Shown piece after piece: positions 43,997 through 56,834 of a stretch of DNA of 64,000 nt (position 1 is the stretch's first letter; every line of letters starts with the position of its first letter). Where the stretch lies: positions 330,666-394,665 of the forward strand of contig DAHVLZ010000009.1 in assembly GCA_027320085.1 (NCBI GenBank). The letters run 5' to 3'. Position numbers and translations under genes: made by a program. The DNA comes from Pseudomonadota bacterium (lineage in GTDB: Bacteria > Pseudomonadota > Gammaproteobacteria > JAKAQQ01). A model generated the notes under the pieces. That model saw nothing but the letters and a program-made list of their open reading frames with translations. It did not search any database and was not told the DNA's origin.

Positions 43997-45109
43997 ATGA
44001 GCATCACCATCAACCGTGAAAAAATCCTTGGCCCTATCACTGCCGTACTGGGAGTGGTCGAACGCAAACAGACCATGCCGATTCTTTCCAATATATTGAT
44101 AAATATAGATAAAAATAATCTTTCTGTGACATCTTCTGACCTTGAAGTCGAACTCATTGCCACAGAAAATTTGGAAAACAACGGTGATCTACACATTACG
44201 GTTCCTGGACGGAAGTTCGCTGACATCGTTCGTTCCCTTCCCACAAATCAGGAAATTCACCTGGAGATTGATGCAGACCGGTTGAAGCTCAAAGCGGGTC
44301 GCGCTCGTTTCACCGTTCTCACCCAACCTGCGGAAGATTTCCCGCTTATTGAGAAACCCCAGTCGCCATTTTTTATTGAAGTTCACCAAGATAGTTTGCG
44401 TGAGTTGATCCGGAAAACCTATTTCGCAATGGCCCAGAACGATGTCCGCTACTATCTCAATGGTCTGAGGTTCGAGTATTCCAATCAGACCCTCCGAGCG
44501 GTTGCGACGGATGGGCATCGCTTATCTGTCGGTACAATCACGTTAAATTCACGATCTGGGACTAATAATGGGGGAGAGAAAGCGGCAATCGTACCTAGAA
44601 AGGGAATTCTCGAACTCGAGCGCCTCATGGGAAACGGCGAACAAGCACTACGCATGGCCTTCGCACCAAACCACCTTTGTGTGCAATGTGGAAATCTTTC
44701 CCTCACGACGAAATTGATCGAAGGCCGTTATCCGGACTACTCGAGTGTGATTCCTAAGGAGAGCCGGCATCATGTCGTGGTTGACCGTAACCGCATGAAG
44801 GAAGCACTATCGCGTGCTGCGATCTTGGCGAATGAAAAGATCCGCGGGGTTCGTCTGGGCTTTGAACCGAAAACGCTACGTATGATCGGGCACAATGCCG
44901 AACAGGAAGAAGCCGAGGATGTGGTCGAAACAAACTATGAGGGAGAGGCTTTTGAAGTCGGATTCAACGTCTCTTATCTTCTTGATGTTCTGAACGCAGT
45001 GACGGAATCCGAGATTGAAATCCTCATCAATGATCCGAACAGTAGTTGCCGGATTGATCCGAAAGGCAACACCAACTTTCAGTACGTGATTATGCCGATG
45101 CGACTGTAA
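43997..45109 (+). CDS. dnaN: DNA polymerase III beta clamp
   Basis: ERKQTMPILSN, QNDVRYYLNG, VATDGHRL, C-terminal YVIMPMRL. Confidence 0.98.
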   Translation: MSITINREKILGPITAVLGVVERKQTMPILSNILINIDKNNLSVTSSDLEVELIATENLENNGDLHITVPGRKFADIVRSLPTNQEIHLEIDADRLKLKAGRARFTVLTQPAEDFPLIEKPQSPFFIEVHQDSLRELIRKTYFAMAQNDVRYYLNGLRFEYSNQTLRAVATDGHRLSVGTITLNSRSGTNNGGEKAAIVPRKGILELERLMGNGEQALRMAFAPNHLCVQCGNLSLTTKLIEGRYPDYSSVIPKESRHHVVVDRNRMKEALSRAAILANEKIRGVRLGFEPKTLRMIGHNAEQEEAEDVVETNYEGEAFEVGFNVSYLLDVLNAVTESEIEILINDPNSSCRIDPKGNTNFQYVIMPMRL

Positions 45110-46177
45110 ATGTCGATTGGTGCACTCAGACTACAGTGTTTCCGGTGTTTTGATCGAGAGGATATCGCTCTGGATGGATCGTCTATCCTCAAGGGATCCA
45201 ACGGATCCGGTAAGACTTCCCTGCTTGAGGCTATATACCTTATAGCCCGAGGCCGCTCCTTCAGGACTTCCCGGCTTTCCAATCTGATCCGGGCCGGTGA
45301 CAGGGCCTTTGGAGTTGAGTTAAACATCCTCATTCATTCGCAATCTTGGGCTGTTAAAGCTATTTTTGAAGACGGACTCAAAACGTTTATCAACGATCGC
45401 GATTCAACAGCCCGAGAAGTGGGACGCCTTTTCCCACTGACGCTGATGGATTCAGATGTCACACAAATCGTTCTCGGGGGGCCCGAACGACGCCGTCGTT
45501 TGCTTGATTGGCTGATGTTCCACGTGGAACCTGAAACCTGGAAGACTTGGAAGCTCTACCGGCGGGCTCTCCTTCAATGGCAGTGGGCGCTACGCTCCGG
45601 AATGAGCGCTGATGTCTGGTTTGGACGGATGATGGAGCTTGCCCCCGTGATTGAAGGATCCAGAATGCAGCTTTTGGCCGGCTGTCTTCCGTTTTGGGAG
45701 CAGGCGGCCTCTGTACTCTTTCCGGGGCAGACTTTCATATTCGACTACAACAATGGCAAGGATGCAGTTGCTCGGACTCGTATGGGTGAGAGATCTCATG
45801 AGATTTTGCCGGAGGGACCAACGTCTGTTTCCATGGGTCCTGGTCTACAGAGGGCAGATGTTGAAATCCGATCGGGACAAAAGCCTATTCGTCAGTTTTT
45901 TTCACGTGGACAGGCCAAGCTACTGGCACTGGCGCTAGTCTGGGGGGGGTGCCGATTTTTGTCGCAGAAGCTTGAAACCTGCCCAGTCCTTCTTTTGGAC
46001 GATTTTTCATCCGAGCTGGATGAGGATGCTCAGCTTCGACTTTTAGGGTTGATGAAGGGGAAGGGGATACAGGTCATCATGACCTCATCAAGTCTTTCGC
46101 CAGTACCCATGGAAAAATGGCCACACGGCTTGTTCCACGTGGAACAGGGGCATGTCCGGCCGGTGTGCCCATGTTAG
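45110..46177 (+). CDS. recF: DNA replication/repair protein RecF
   Basis: GSNGSGKTSLLEAI, GRSFR, SRGQ, LLLDDFSSELD. Confidence 0.95.
   Translation: MSIGALRLQCFRCFDREDIALDGSSILKGSNGSGKTSLLEAIYLIARGRSFRTSRLSNLIRAGDRAFGVELNILIHSQSWAVKAIFEDGLKTFINDRDSTAREVGRLFPLTLMDSDVTQIVLGGPERRRRLLDWLMFHVEPETWKTWKLYRRALLQWQWALRSGMSADVWFGRMMELAPVIEGSRMQLLAGCLPFWEQAASVLFPGQTFIFDYNNGKDAVARTRMGERSHEILPEGPTSVSMGPGLQRADVEIRSGQKPIRQFFSRGQAKLLALALVWGGCRFLSQKLETCPVLLLDDFSSELDEDAQLRLLGLMKGKGIQVIMTSSSLSPVPMEKWPHGLFHVEQGHVRPVCPC
45516..45531. promoter_or_regulatory. parS site (inside recF)
   Basis: TGTTCCACGTGGAACC, 15/16 match to the parS palindrome. Confidence 0.85.
46131..46146. promoter_or_regulatory. parS site (3' end of recF)
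   Basis: Perfect palindrome TGTTCCACGTGGAACA. Confidence 0.92.
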
Positions 46178-48607
<2,430 letters not shown>

Positions 48608-48672
48608 CAGGATAGATGTGCACTGCTCCGCTCAATTAATCGAGCTAGGCAGGTCGTGTATTTGCTACACCC

Positions 48673-49434
48673 TCAGGAGCGAATCCGAGTTAGTTCACCT
48701 TCGATCCATTCGCTCACCTGCCGGTTGAGTTCCTCCGGAGAAAGTCCCCGAGCGTCGATTGGCGGTCCGATATGGACTTGGATGGTGCCCGGGCGTTTGA
48801 GCAGACTCCTTCTAGGCCAGAAGTCACCTGCGTTGTGGGCAATCGGAATTACGAATTGTCCACTCTCGTTTGCTAGAAGAGCCCCGCTTACTCCATAGCG
48901 GCGGCGTTCGCTTGGAGCGAGTCGGGTCCCTTCAGGGAAAAAGTTGAGTGTTCGGCCATGTTTCAGCTGGCGCAGGCCTTTCCGTAGGACTTGTTTCACG
49001 GCACGGCTTCCGGCACTTCGGTTGATGGCAATGGGTTTCAGGGCAGCGATCGCCCAGCCGATGATCGGGATCCAGAGTAGTTCACGCTTGAGTACCCAGG
49101 TAGGTTGCGTGGGCAGAAGGAAAGAAAGTAGAGTCTCCCACATGGATTCGTGACGCCAGAACAGGATCCCGCCGGTCTGCGGAAGATATGAGAGGCCTGT
49201 GATCTGGTAGTTCAGCCCACAAACCCAGGAAAGGGCTTTGAGTTCTACGGAGGCGCAGGCACGACCAATGGCGAATCGGAACCGCTCAAAGAGGGGAAGG
49301 CCAAGAGTCAACGCCATGGGAACAGCAAAGACGGTGATGCTGAACCCCATGAATAGGGTAAAGAGGACTGAGCGAGTAATCAGGGAGATACGCAATGAAG
49401 GCCCGTTTGCTTGACGGGAGTGGGATTCAATCAC
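48673..49434 (-). CDS. plsC: Lysophospholipid acyltransferase
   Basis: HESMWET (HxxxxE/D), LKRELL.IP..GW, FFPEGTR. Confidence 0.85.
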   Translation of the reverse strand: MIESHSRQANGPSLRISLITRSVLFTLFMGFSITVFAVPMALTLGLPLFERFRFAIGRACASVELKALSWVCGLNYQITGLSYLPQTGGILFWRHESMWETLLSFLLPTQPTWVLKRELLWIPIIGWAIAALKPIAINRSAGSRAVKQVLRKGLRQLKHGRTLNFFPEGTRLAPSERRRYGVSGALLANESGQFVIPIAHNAGDFWPRRSLLKRPGTIQVHIGPPIDARGLSPEELNRQVSEWIEGELTRIRS

Positions 49435-50012
49435 CCGGTGTTCTCCATAAAGGAATGGACAAAGGCAGCTAGGTCAGCATGGATTTCTGTTGGGTGGTTA
49501 AGCGGGCGAGCTTCGAGATCCCTCTTTGTCTGTTGCCCCTGTCCGGTTAGTACGAGAACAGGGTGGGCGCCGACTGCAATGGCAGCCTCGAGGTCACGCC
49601 GGGTATCGCCCACTGCCGTGATTTCTCTCAGAGGAACCTTGAACTGCTTTGAGAATTCATGGAACAAGGCGGTGTTCGGCTTGCGACACGCACAACCTTC
49701 CCAAGGGGCGTGGGGGCAGTGGTAGATGGCTTCGAGATGACCGCCCTCTCTTTCGATCCATTTTCTCATACGCTCGTGGATTGCCACGAGAGTACGGTCG
49801 CTCATGAGTCCACGTCCGATGGCGGATTGGTTTGTGATGACGGCCACTCGATGTCCGTGCCGGGTCAGTTCAGAGATTGCATCGAGGCTGCCAGGAATCG
49901 GCTGCCAAGCATCCGGGCTCAAGATATACTCCGGAGAGTCAAAGTTAATGACTCCGTCCCGGTCAAGGACGAACCATCGGCTTGTTTTTCTGTTTGCAGG
50001 GCGACGAGTCAC
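49431..50012 (-). CDS. gmhB: D-glycero-D-manno-heptose 1,7-bisphosphate phosphatase
   Basis: LDRDGVIN, ITNQSAI, CPH....CACRKP, VGD. Confidence 0.92.
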   Translation of the reverse strand: MTRRPANRKTSRWFVLDRDGVINFDSPEYILSPDAWQPIPGSLDAISELTRHGHRVAVITNQSAIGRGLMSDRTLVAIHERMRKWIEREGGHLEAIYHCPHAPWEGCACRKPNTALFHEFSKQFKVPLREITAVGDTRRDLEAAIAVGAHPVLVLTGQGQQTKRDLEARPLNHPTEIHADLAAFVHSFMENTG

Positions 50013-52162
50013 GGAGCGGGTGGTGGCTGGAGACGGCTGAAATCAGCTACGGTGTTCAGAAGTCGATTAGCGCGCTTGAGCAGATCGAGACGCTTCTTTC
50101 TGAGCTTCGGGTTGGGCGAGAGAACCAGCACTTCATCAAAAAAACGGGCTAAAGGGTCCCGTAGGGTACACAGTTGAACCAGAATCTCGTGATAGTGGTG
50201 AGCGGTTGCTGCCTCAGCAACGATAGGCTCAAGCGCACTGATCCGATTGATGAGAGAGACTTCGGCCGCCTCGCCAGAGGCAGTGGGTTCCCGATCATTC
50301 ACTGCCGTGTCCATTTCGTCATGATGATTGAGCAGGTGAGTGACTCGCTTAGCGATCTGGATAAGAGTGGTGAGATCGGACTGATCCTTGAGCCGGTTCA
50401 GTGCATCAAGTCGAAGCCTGGTTGCGCCAATGGTTGTGGATTGGGTCGCGAGAACTGCCTCGAAATGATCGGGCCGACCACCCCCATCGAGGTAGAGTCC
50501 ACGGAAGCGTTCCATGATGAAGGCGTACAGTTCCCTGGTCTGAATCTCCGGATTTCCAAGCTCTCCGGGGTAAGTCTCAAGGGCGGAATGGAAAAGGGAG
50601 GTCAGGGCCGTATCCAGTAGGAATCGACTTGTGCCGGGTGAGCACTCAGCCCGATCTTCTGCAGGATCCATGAGACGGACAAGCCCCAGTGCGGCCCGCC
50701 GAAGGGCATAAGGATCACGTTGGCCAGTCGGCTTTTCCCCGATCAGGAAATAACCGGCCAAAAGGTCGATGCGAAGCGCAATGGACAAGAGACGGCCGAA
50801 AGCGGTCCGGGGCAGTTTGCTGTTGGCAGTCCCCGGGAGGTAAGCCTCGGACAAGGCTTGACAGAGGGCGGGTGAGTACCCGTGTGCTGACGCATAAGCC
50901 GCCCCAGCGATTCCAGCCAGTCCAGGAAACTCTCCGACAAGATGGGAGGTGAGATCAGCCAAGACGAGAGATCCAGCTTCTTGTGCCAGTTCGGTATCGA
51001 TTCCAAAATCTCCAGCCCAGCGCGATAGCCATTTCATGAGTCGTTCGCGGCGATGGCCAAGGTGACCTAATTTCTTTGCAAAAATAATTTCCTCGAGGGC
51101 AGGCAGACGCTCTATGGGAGCCCGCTTTAGATCCTCTTGGTAGAAAAAATGCGCGTCCGAGAGTCGAGGAAAAACTACCCTTTCCTCTCCACGACCAACC
51201 CGTTGGGGATCAATGCTTTCGAGGTTTACGACCGCAACAAAGCCGGGTTTCCAGTGTCCCGCGGCGTCGGAGAGCGGGAAGACGCGTTGCTGCCCAAGGA
51301 GTACCTCGGCCAGAACCGCCTCGGGGAGAGCTAGGAAGCGTTCCGGGAAAGAGCCCGTCAGCGCGCTTGGCCATTCCACCATATTGGCTACCTCTGTCAA
51401 GGTCGCCTCATCCCGTACAGGTTGCCAGTCCGGGTGCCATGCATGTGCCGCCGTTTTGATGAGCGTCCAAATCCGTTCGCGGAGACCCGGATCATCCGAA
51501 CCTTGGAGGAATACGTGTCCGGATGCGACTACATCCTCGTAATCCTCGCTTCTCGTGACTGGTAACGGATCGGGATGATATACCGGATGTCCATGGGTCA
51601 GAGGCGCGGCATCGAGTCCATAGACCCGACCGGGAACAGGAAAGTTGCCATGGAGGAAGAGAATAGATTGAATGGGCCGGACAAAGGGTGGAGCGCGAGA
51701 GGTCCAACGCATCTCGCGATCCTTTGGCAGACCTGTGAGGATCTTTTCAACCAGTGGAGCCAAAACCTCCGCGAGGCGGATATCTGGCCGCTCCTTACGA
51801 AAAACTAAATAGCCTTCCTCATGACCGAGCTCCTCCCAGCCGACCCCTTGTTTTCGAGCAAATCCCAGTGCTGCGGCTGTGGGCTGTCCCTTCACATCGA
51901 AAGCCCGCTCGAGGCTGGGACCTCGGTGTACTACCGTCTGCCCAGGACTAGTCTCCCGAACCCGGGAGATGCGCACTGCCAAACGACGGGGTGTATACCA
52001 CGACTTGAGACCGGCATCTGGTTCGATGCACTCATATTCTCTGAGGGCGGAAAACAGTCGGAAGGCAAACTCCCGAGACAAGTGTGCGACGAGTCGCGCT
52101 GGCAACTCTAAGGTTCCCACCTCGATCAGGAGATCTTGAGGATCGGAGGGATGTTTGCTCAT
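50009..52162 (-). CDS. glyS: Glycine--tRNA ligase beta subunit
   Basis: [46 protein letters not shown]. Confidence 0.95.
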   Translation of the reverse strand: MSKHPSDPQDLLIEVGTLELPARLVAHLSREFAFRLFSALREYECIEPDAGLKSWYTPRRLAVRISRVRETSPGQTVVHRGPSLERAFDVKGQPTAAALGFARKQGVGWEELGHEEGYLVFRKERPDIRLAEVLAPLVEKILTGLPKDREMRWTSRAPPFVRPIQSILFLHGNFPVPGRVYGLDAAPLTHGHPVYHPDPLPVTRSEDYEDVVASGHVFLQGSDDPGLRERIWTLIKTAAHAWHPDWQPVRDEATLTEVANMVEWPSALTGSFPERFLALPEAVLAEVLLGQQRVFPLSDAAGHWKPGFVAVVNLESIDPQRVGRGEERVVFPRLSDAHFFYQEDLKRAPIERLPALEEIIFAKKLGHLGHRRERLMKWLSRWAGDFGIDTELAQEAGSLVLADLTSHLVGEFPGLAGIAGAAYASAHGYSPALCQALSEAYLPGTANSKLPRTAFGRLLSIALRIDLLAGYFLIGEKPTGQRDPYALRRAALGLVRLMDPAEDRAECSPGTSRFLLDTALTSLFHSALETYPGELGNPEIQTRELYAFIMERFRGLYLDGGGRPDHFEAVLATQSTTIGATRLRLDALNRLKDQSDLTTLIQIAKRVTHLLNHHDEMDTAVNDREPTASGEAAEVSLINRISALEPIVAEAATAHHYHEILVQLCTLRDPLARFFDEVLVLSPNPKLRKKRLDLLKRANRLLNTVADFSRLQPPPAP

Positions 52163-53019
52163 TCGGACCGGGTTCGGTAGTCTTGGGCAACAGCCTGCGC
52201 CAGCTTGCGGATCCTCAGGACATACCGCTGGCGTTCTCCAACCGAGATGGCACGTCGCGCGTCAAGCAGGTTGAAGAGGTGAGAAGCTTCGATAACACGC
52301 TCGTACGCCGGCCGTGGCAAACCGGTCGAGAGTAGATGTTGGACCTCTATCTCGATTTTCTGGAAACGGTGTGCCAGCTCAGACGGATCTACCTGCTCGA
52401 AGTTGTAACGAGACATCTCGATCTCGTTATCGCGGAAGAGATCGCCATAACGGAAGGTTCGGCCCTCGGCCCCAGTCCCCCAGGGAAGACCGTACATTTC
52501 GTCAGACTGAGACAGCGACATCAGGAGACGTTCGAGCCCATAAGTGATTTCCCCCATCACGGGCTCGCAGGTAAAGCCGCCAACCTGCTGGAAATAGGTA
52601 AACTGTGCCACTTCCATGCCGTTCAGCCAGACTTCCCAGCCAAGCCCCCAGGCGCCCAGAGTGGGAGACTCCCAATTGTCCTCGACAAAGCGAACCTCGT
52701 CCACATGTCGGTCTATGCCAATCGCTTCCAAGGACGCCAGGAATTGGTCTTGGAAATGGTCAGGTACCGGCTTCTGGACCACTTGGTATTGGAAGTAATG
52801 CTGCCCCCGGTTGGGATTTTCACCGTAGCGTCCATCTTGAGGACGGCGGCAAGGCTGGAGGAAGGCTGCTGCCCAAGGTTTAGAGTCGAGCGCTCTTAAA
52901 AAGGTGGCTGGGTGGAAAGTGGCAGCTCCCATCGGAAGGTCGAGGGGGGGAAGCCAGAGGCAGCCCTCAGCGGTCCAGAACCGGTTGAGGGTAAAAACAA
53001 CGTTTTGGAAGTCAGTCAT
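52159..53019 (-). CDS. glyQ: Glycine--tRNA ligase alpha subunit (start ATG 53019)
   Basis: [42 protein letters not shown]. Confidence 0.97.
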   Translation of the reverse strand: MTDFQNVVFTLNRFWTAEGCLWLPPLDLPMGAATFHPATFLRALDSKPWAAAFLQPCRRPQDGRYGENPNRGQHYFQYQVVQKPVPDHFQDQFLASLEAIGIDRHVDEVRFVEDNWESPTLGAWGLGWEVWLNGMEVAQFTYFQQVGGFTCEPVMGEITYGLERLLMSLSQSDEMYGLPWGTGAEGRTFRYGDLFRDNEIEMSRYNFEQVDPSELAHRFQKIEIEVQHLLSTGLPRPAYERVIEASHLFNLLDARRAISVGERQRYVLRIRKLAQAVAQDYRTRSE

Positions 53020-53075
53020 GAACCGGTCCGAGCCCAGGCGGTGCAAAGTATACCCTGATCCAGTCTGGTCTCTCC

Positions 53076-53092
53076 TGCACCGATCCGGTGCG
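53076..53092. promoter_or_regulatory. NtrC enhancer upstream of glnA
   Basis: TGCACCGATCCGGTGCG against consensus TGCACC-N5-GGTGCA, ~100 bp upstream of the sigma54 start site. Confidence 0.8.
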
Positions 53093-53154
53093 GACTTCGG
53101 AGGTTCAGGTCGTAGAACCCGAGTCCGAAGCGCTTCAGCTCATGGAGAACGCAC

Positions 53155-53170
53155 TGGCACGGAATTTGCA
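53155..53170 (+). promoter_or_regulatory. sigma54 promoter of glnA
   Basis: TGGCAC-GGAAT-TTGCA, a perfect -24/-12 consensus. Confidence 0.92.
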
Positions 53171-53208
53171 TAGACAGAGAAAACCCCCAATGCCCGAGGA
53201 ACCCTGAT

Positions 53209-54618
53209 ATGCAATCCCATGAGGTCCTAGATTGGCTGGCTCAAAAACAGGTGCGTTATGTTGACCTTCGCTTTACGGATACCCGTGGGAAGGAACAACA
53301 CGTCACTCTGCCGATTACTGTTGTCAGCGAGTCGCTTTTCACGGAGGGCAAGATGTTCGACGGTTCCTCGATTGTCGGCTGGCGGGGAATCCAAGACTCG
53401 GACATGATTCTCATGCCCGAACCCGGAAGCCTCGTCCTCGATCCATTCTGCAGCGAGGCGACCGCGCTCCTTCGCGCTGATGTCTATGATCCGGCAAGCC
53501 AAAAACCCTATGTCCGCGATCCCCGATCGCTTGCGAAACGTGCTGAGGAATACCTACGGTCAACCGGTATTGCGGATTCGCTTATGGTGGGACCAGAGAA
53601 CGAATTTTTCATTTTTGACAGTGTACGCTGGGATCACCGGTTGAACGGAGCGTTTTATGAAATCGATTCCTGGGAGGGGGCCTGGAATTCGGGAACCCAA
53701 AGGGACGGAGGGAACCCGGGGCACCGACCGGTCGCTAAGGGGGGGTACTTCCCAGTGCCTCCGGTGGATTCCCTGCAGGATCTCCGCTCCGAAATTTGCA
53801 CCACACTCACTGAACTCGGTCTCAGAGTAGAAGTTCATCATCACGAAGTTGCGACCGCGGGGCAGTGTGAGATCGGGGTGGGTTTCGATCGTCTGGTTCG
53901 CAAGGCCGATGAGGTCCAGATTCTCAAGTACGTGGTACAAAACGTGGCGGCCCGCCACCAAAAGACAGCAACCTTTATGCCGAAACCATTGGTTGGTGAC
54001 AACGGTAATGGTATGCATGTTCATACTTCCCTCATCAAGGGAACGGAGAACCTCTTTGCGGGCAAGGGTTACGGCGGGCTGTCTGACTTGGCGCTCTTTT
54101 TTATCGGTGGCGTTATCCATCATGCTCGGGCTCTGAACGCGCTGACCAATCCATCGACGAACAGTTACCGCAGGCTAGTGCCCGGTTTTGAGGCCCCGGT
54201 CAAACTTGCTTATTCGGCTCGTAACCGATCTGCGGCAATCCGTGTCCCATTCACGCAAAGTCCAAAAGGCCGCCGAATCGAAATCCGCTTTCCAGACAGT
54301 ACCGCCAACCCGTACCTAGCCTTTTCGGCCTTACTCATGGCGGGTATCGACGGTATCCAGAAAAAAATGCACCCGGGCGAACCAAGGGATATCGACCTGT
54401 ACGAGCTGACACCTGAGGAGGACCGTCAAATTCCCCAAGTGGCATATTCGCTCGAATCCGCTTTGGAGGCCTTGTCAGCCGATAGGAAATTCCTGACCAC
54501 GGGAGGGGTTTTTACTGACGATCTCTTAGATGCCTATATCCAGATCAAGGAGCAAGAACTAGCCGCTGTCCGTATGTGCGTTCATCCGGTTGAGTTCGAA
54601 CTCTACTATTCGCTCTGA
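53209..54618 (+). CDS. glnA: Glutamine synthetase type I
   Basis: [28 protein letters not shown], adenylylation Tyr in DLYEL. Confidence 0.99.
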   Translation: MQSHEVLDWLAQKQVRYVDLRFTDTRGKEQHVTLPITVVSESLFTEGKMFDGSSIVGWRGIQDSDMILMPEPGSLVLDPFCSEATALLRADVYDPASQKPYVRDPRSLAKRAEEYLRSTGIADSLMVGPENEFFIFDSVRWDHRLNGAFYEIDSWEGAWNSGTQRDGGNPGHRPVAKGGYFPVPPVDSLQDLRSEICTTLTELGLRVEVHHHEVATAGQCEIGVGFDRLVRKADEVQILKYVVQNVAARHQKTATFMPKPLVGDNGNGMHVHTSLIKGTENLFAGKGYGGLSDLALFFIGGVIHHARALNALTNPSTNSYRRLVPGFEAPVKLAYSARNRSAAIRVPFTQSPKGRRIEIRFPDSTANPYLAFSALLMAGIDGIQKKMHPGEPRDIDLYELTPEEDRQIPQVAYSLESALEALSADRKFLTTGGVFTDDLLDAYIQIKEQELAAVRMCVHPVEFELYYSL

Positions 54619-54703
54619 GTCTGAACCCCCCGACCGTGGGTCGACTGGCAGTTCGGCAGTCGTTCCGCTAGGATGGGTCCGTTTACTGACAAGGACTCCT
54701 CTT

Positions 54704-55324
54704 GTGACATCAGGTGTTATAGAACTCATCGTCGGCTATCATCGCTTTCGCGACCGCTACTTTGTTGCTGACCGGACTCTCTATGAAGGCCTTGCGCAAA
54801 CTGGGCAATCTCCGTTAGCCCTTGTCGTCGGCTGTTGCGATTCCCGGGTTGATCCAGCAATTCTGACCGATTGCAGGCCTGGAGACCTTTTCGTGATCCG
54901 CAACGTGGCCAACTTAGTGCCCCCCTGCGAGTCCGGCGGTCTCTACCATGGCACGAGTGCAGCTCTTGAGTTTGGAATCTGTGATCTCGAAATTCCCGAA
55001 CTGATCGTTCTCGGACATGCTCAGTGCGGAGGAATCCGGGCGATGGTCGAAGGCGTAAAGCGCCCGAGCTCTTTTATTTCGAGCTGGATGCAGATGGCGG
55101 GTGATGTATGCACTCGTGCTCGGGAAGTTGAGAATGGACGGCCCTTCATCCGGGTTTGCGAACAGGAAGCGATCCGGCTGTCCCTCAGCAACCTAGAGAC
55201 CTTTCCCTGGATTCGGGATCGGGTCGAGCGGGGAATGCTCACCCTGCATGGTTGGTATTTCGATCTTGAGGCCGGCGAACTGCTTCGCTACGATCCGCAA
55301 GCTGGCGTGTTCAAAAGCCTTTGA
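54704..55324 (+). CDS. Beta-class carbonic anhydrase (start GTG 54704 inferred)
   Basis: GCCDSRV, PGDLFVIRNVANLVPP, LGHAQCGG zinc ligands. Confidence 0.92.
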   Translation: MTSGVIELIVGYHRFRDRYFVADRTLYEGLAQTGQSPLALVVGCCDSRVDPAILTDCRPGDLFVIRNVANLVPPCESGGLYHGTSAALEFGICDLEIPELIVLGHAQCGGIRAMVEGVKRPSSFISSWMQMAGDVCTRAREVENGRPFIRVCEQEAIRLSLSNLETFPWIRDRVERGMLTLHGWYFDLEAGELLRYDPQAGVFKSL

Positions 55325-55329
55325 TCCAA

Positions 55330-55345
55330 GCCCCCGAAAGGGGGC
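55330..55345. terminator. GC hairpin between convergent genes
   Basis: GCCCCC-GAAA-GGGGGC (GNRA loop). Confidence 0.6.
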
Positions 55346-55369
55346 ATCTGGAAATGCCACTCCTGACCG

Positions 55370-56110
55370 TTAATGGGTCTCTGAATCCGATCTTGGCGCA
55401 GATCTCTGGATGCTCGCCGGTTCTCCGGGTTGGGGTAGCTGCTCCCAGAGCTGAAAAGCGAAGAGCACGCCGTTGGGAGTGACCGGTACTCCTGCCCTTC
55501 TCAGCGCATCCGCTGTCCATGTATTGCAGGTATGAAAGGCGTCGTAAGAGAGTCTTGAGGCAAAAAACTCACTCTGGGGAGCAGGTCCCTGGGTAATGGG
55601 TTCAAGATGGCCTGCAGGGTTTTTTTTCAGGGTTTGTTCGAGATATTGCCTTAATCTCGCAAACCCATTCTGACCCACGGCGACTGGGCGAAGATGAATG
55701 GAGGGGCCAAGGCACACGGTTGGCTTGTGCCGACAGGACTGCACAAGAACGACGCTGGCAGAGGGAAACAGCGCGGAAAGTACTGTCCAGATTCCAGGGT
55801 GGGTCGCCATGTAGAAGTCTCGGTTTCCCCAGCCGAATACGAGGAAACGCGGTTTAGGGGAAAAAGAGAATAGGGATAATAGTCTGTGTCCGATCGCAGC
55901 CCTGGGTAGCACCAACCCCGTATGCCAACCTGCCCGAAGCACCCAAACACGCCGGAGTGGAGTCCTGAGGCCCGTTATTGGTCTTCTGGTGGGAGCTCGG
56001 AGGGCCGGTGGATTGACGGTCATCGCACCACATCCACCGGTTCCGAATAGCAGGAAAAAGGCAAGCGCTACACCTGTCAGGGATCGAAATCCAAGCATGC
56101 GGATACTCAC
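55370..56110 (-). CDS. DUF2459/TIGR02117-like exported (lipo)protein
   Basis: GWHTGLVLP, FGWG.RDFY, FF.S..SY....TCNTW...L; signal peptide ending GGC. Confidence 0.75.
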   Translation of the reverse strand: MSIRMLGFRSLTGVALAFFLLFGTGGCGAMTVNPPALRAPTRRPITGLRTPLRRVWVLRAGWHTGLVLPRAAIGHRLLSLFSFSPKPRFLVFGWGNRDFYMATHPGIWTVLSALFPSASVVLVQSCRHKPTVCLGPSIHLRPVAVGQNGFARLRQYLEQTLKKNPAGHLEPITQGPAPQSEFFASRLSYDAFHTCNTWTADALRRAGVPVTPNGVLFAFQLWEQLPQPGEPASIQRSAPRSDSETH

Positions 56111-56206
56111 GGTCCTGAGGAGGATATCACCCTTAAGTTACAACGCTCCGACCCCTTAATTCTGGTCCCTCTTGTCACGCCTTGTAGACCGGTTTATCCT
56201 TGATGC

Positions 56207-56809
56207 ATGAAGAAACTGGTTTTTGTTGGTGCTCTTTTCTTAGGTGTGGGCCTTGGCACTATAGCTGGGGCTGGTGCGCAACCTGTCTACACTTGGGTCG
56301 GGCGTAATGGTGTACGCCACTACTCAGATGTCCCGCGACCGGGAGCGAAACAGGTGGTTCTGGGTGGGGGACTATCGGTTTTTTCTGTCCAGCCCGCAGG
56401 GTTAGGAGCGGCTGGTGGGCGGGGGAGTGTCGTGCGCCAAGCCGCGAGCCGGAACCATTATCATTTAGAAATCTTGAGCCCAACTAGCCAGCAGTCGCTC
56501 TTCAATATTGGGGGTGTGCTGACGGCGTCCGTGATGCTTTCTCCCCCGCTGATGGGTGGTGACGCACTGCGCTACCTTTTGGATGGAAAGCCAAAAGGGA
56601 GAATAACCCAAGCGACGAGCCGGACTCTGCATCGGGTCTGGCGGGGAAGCCATGTGCTTACTGTCGAGATCGTCTCTCCGCAAGGTGCGATTCTCGCAAG
56701 TCAATCTGTCACCTTCTACGTGCATCAACACTCGATTCTTGCACCGCGGCCGTTGGGTGCCGTCCAGCATGTAAAACCAGCCGGACCAATCGGGGCGATT
56801 CCGCACTAG
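56207..56809 (+). CDS. DUF4124 domain secreted protein
   Basis: Signal peptide, VYTW...GVRHYSDVP, Ig-like C-domain with RGSH.L; typical position upstream of ntrB. Confidence 0.8.
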   Translation: MKKLVFVGALFLGVGLGTIAGAGAQPVYTWVGRNGVRHYSDVPRPGAKQVVLGGGLSVFSVQPAGLGAAGGRGSVVRQAASRNHYHLEILSPTSQQSLFNIGGVLTASVMLSPPLMGGDALRYLLDGKPKGRITQATSRTLHRVWRGSHVLTVEIVSPQGAILASQSVTFYVHQHSILAPRPLGAVQHVKPAGPIGAIPH

Positions 56810-56834
56810 TACCGTGCTGCACTATAATGGTGCA
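56802..56834. promoter_or_regulatory. Tandem NtrC operators overlapping the ntrB -10
   Basis: CGCACTAGTACCGTGCT (56802-56818) and TGCACTATAATGGTGCA (56818-56834, containing TATAAT). Confidence 0.85.

Noticed and set aside
45898-45913. Third parS site in recF (TTTTTCACGTGGACAG); a similar weak match lies at 24801-24816 in ppsA
   Set aside because: Both have 3-4 mismatches and are explained by coding constraints.
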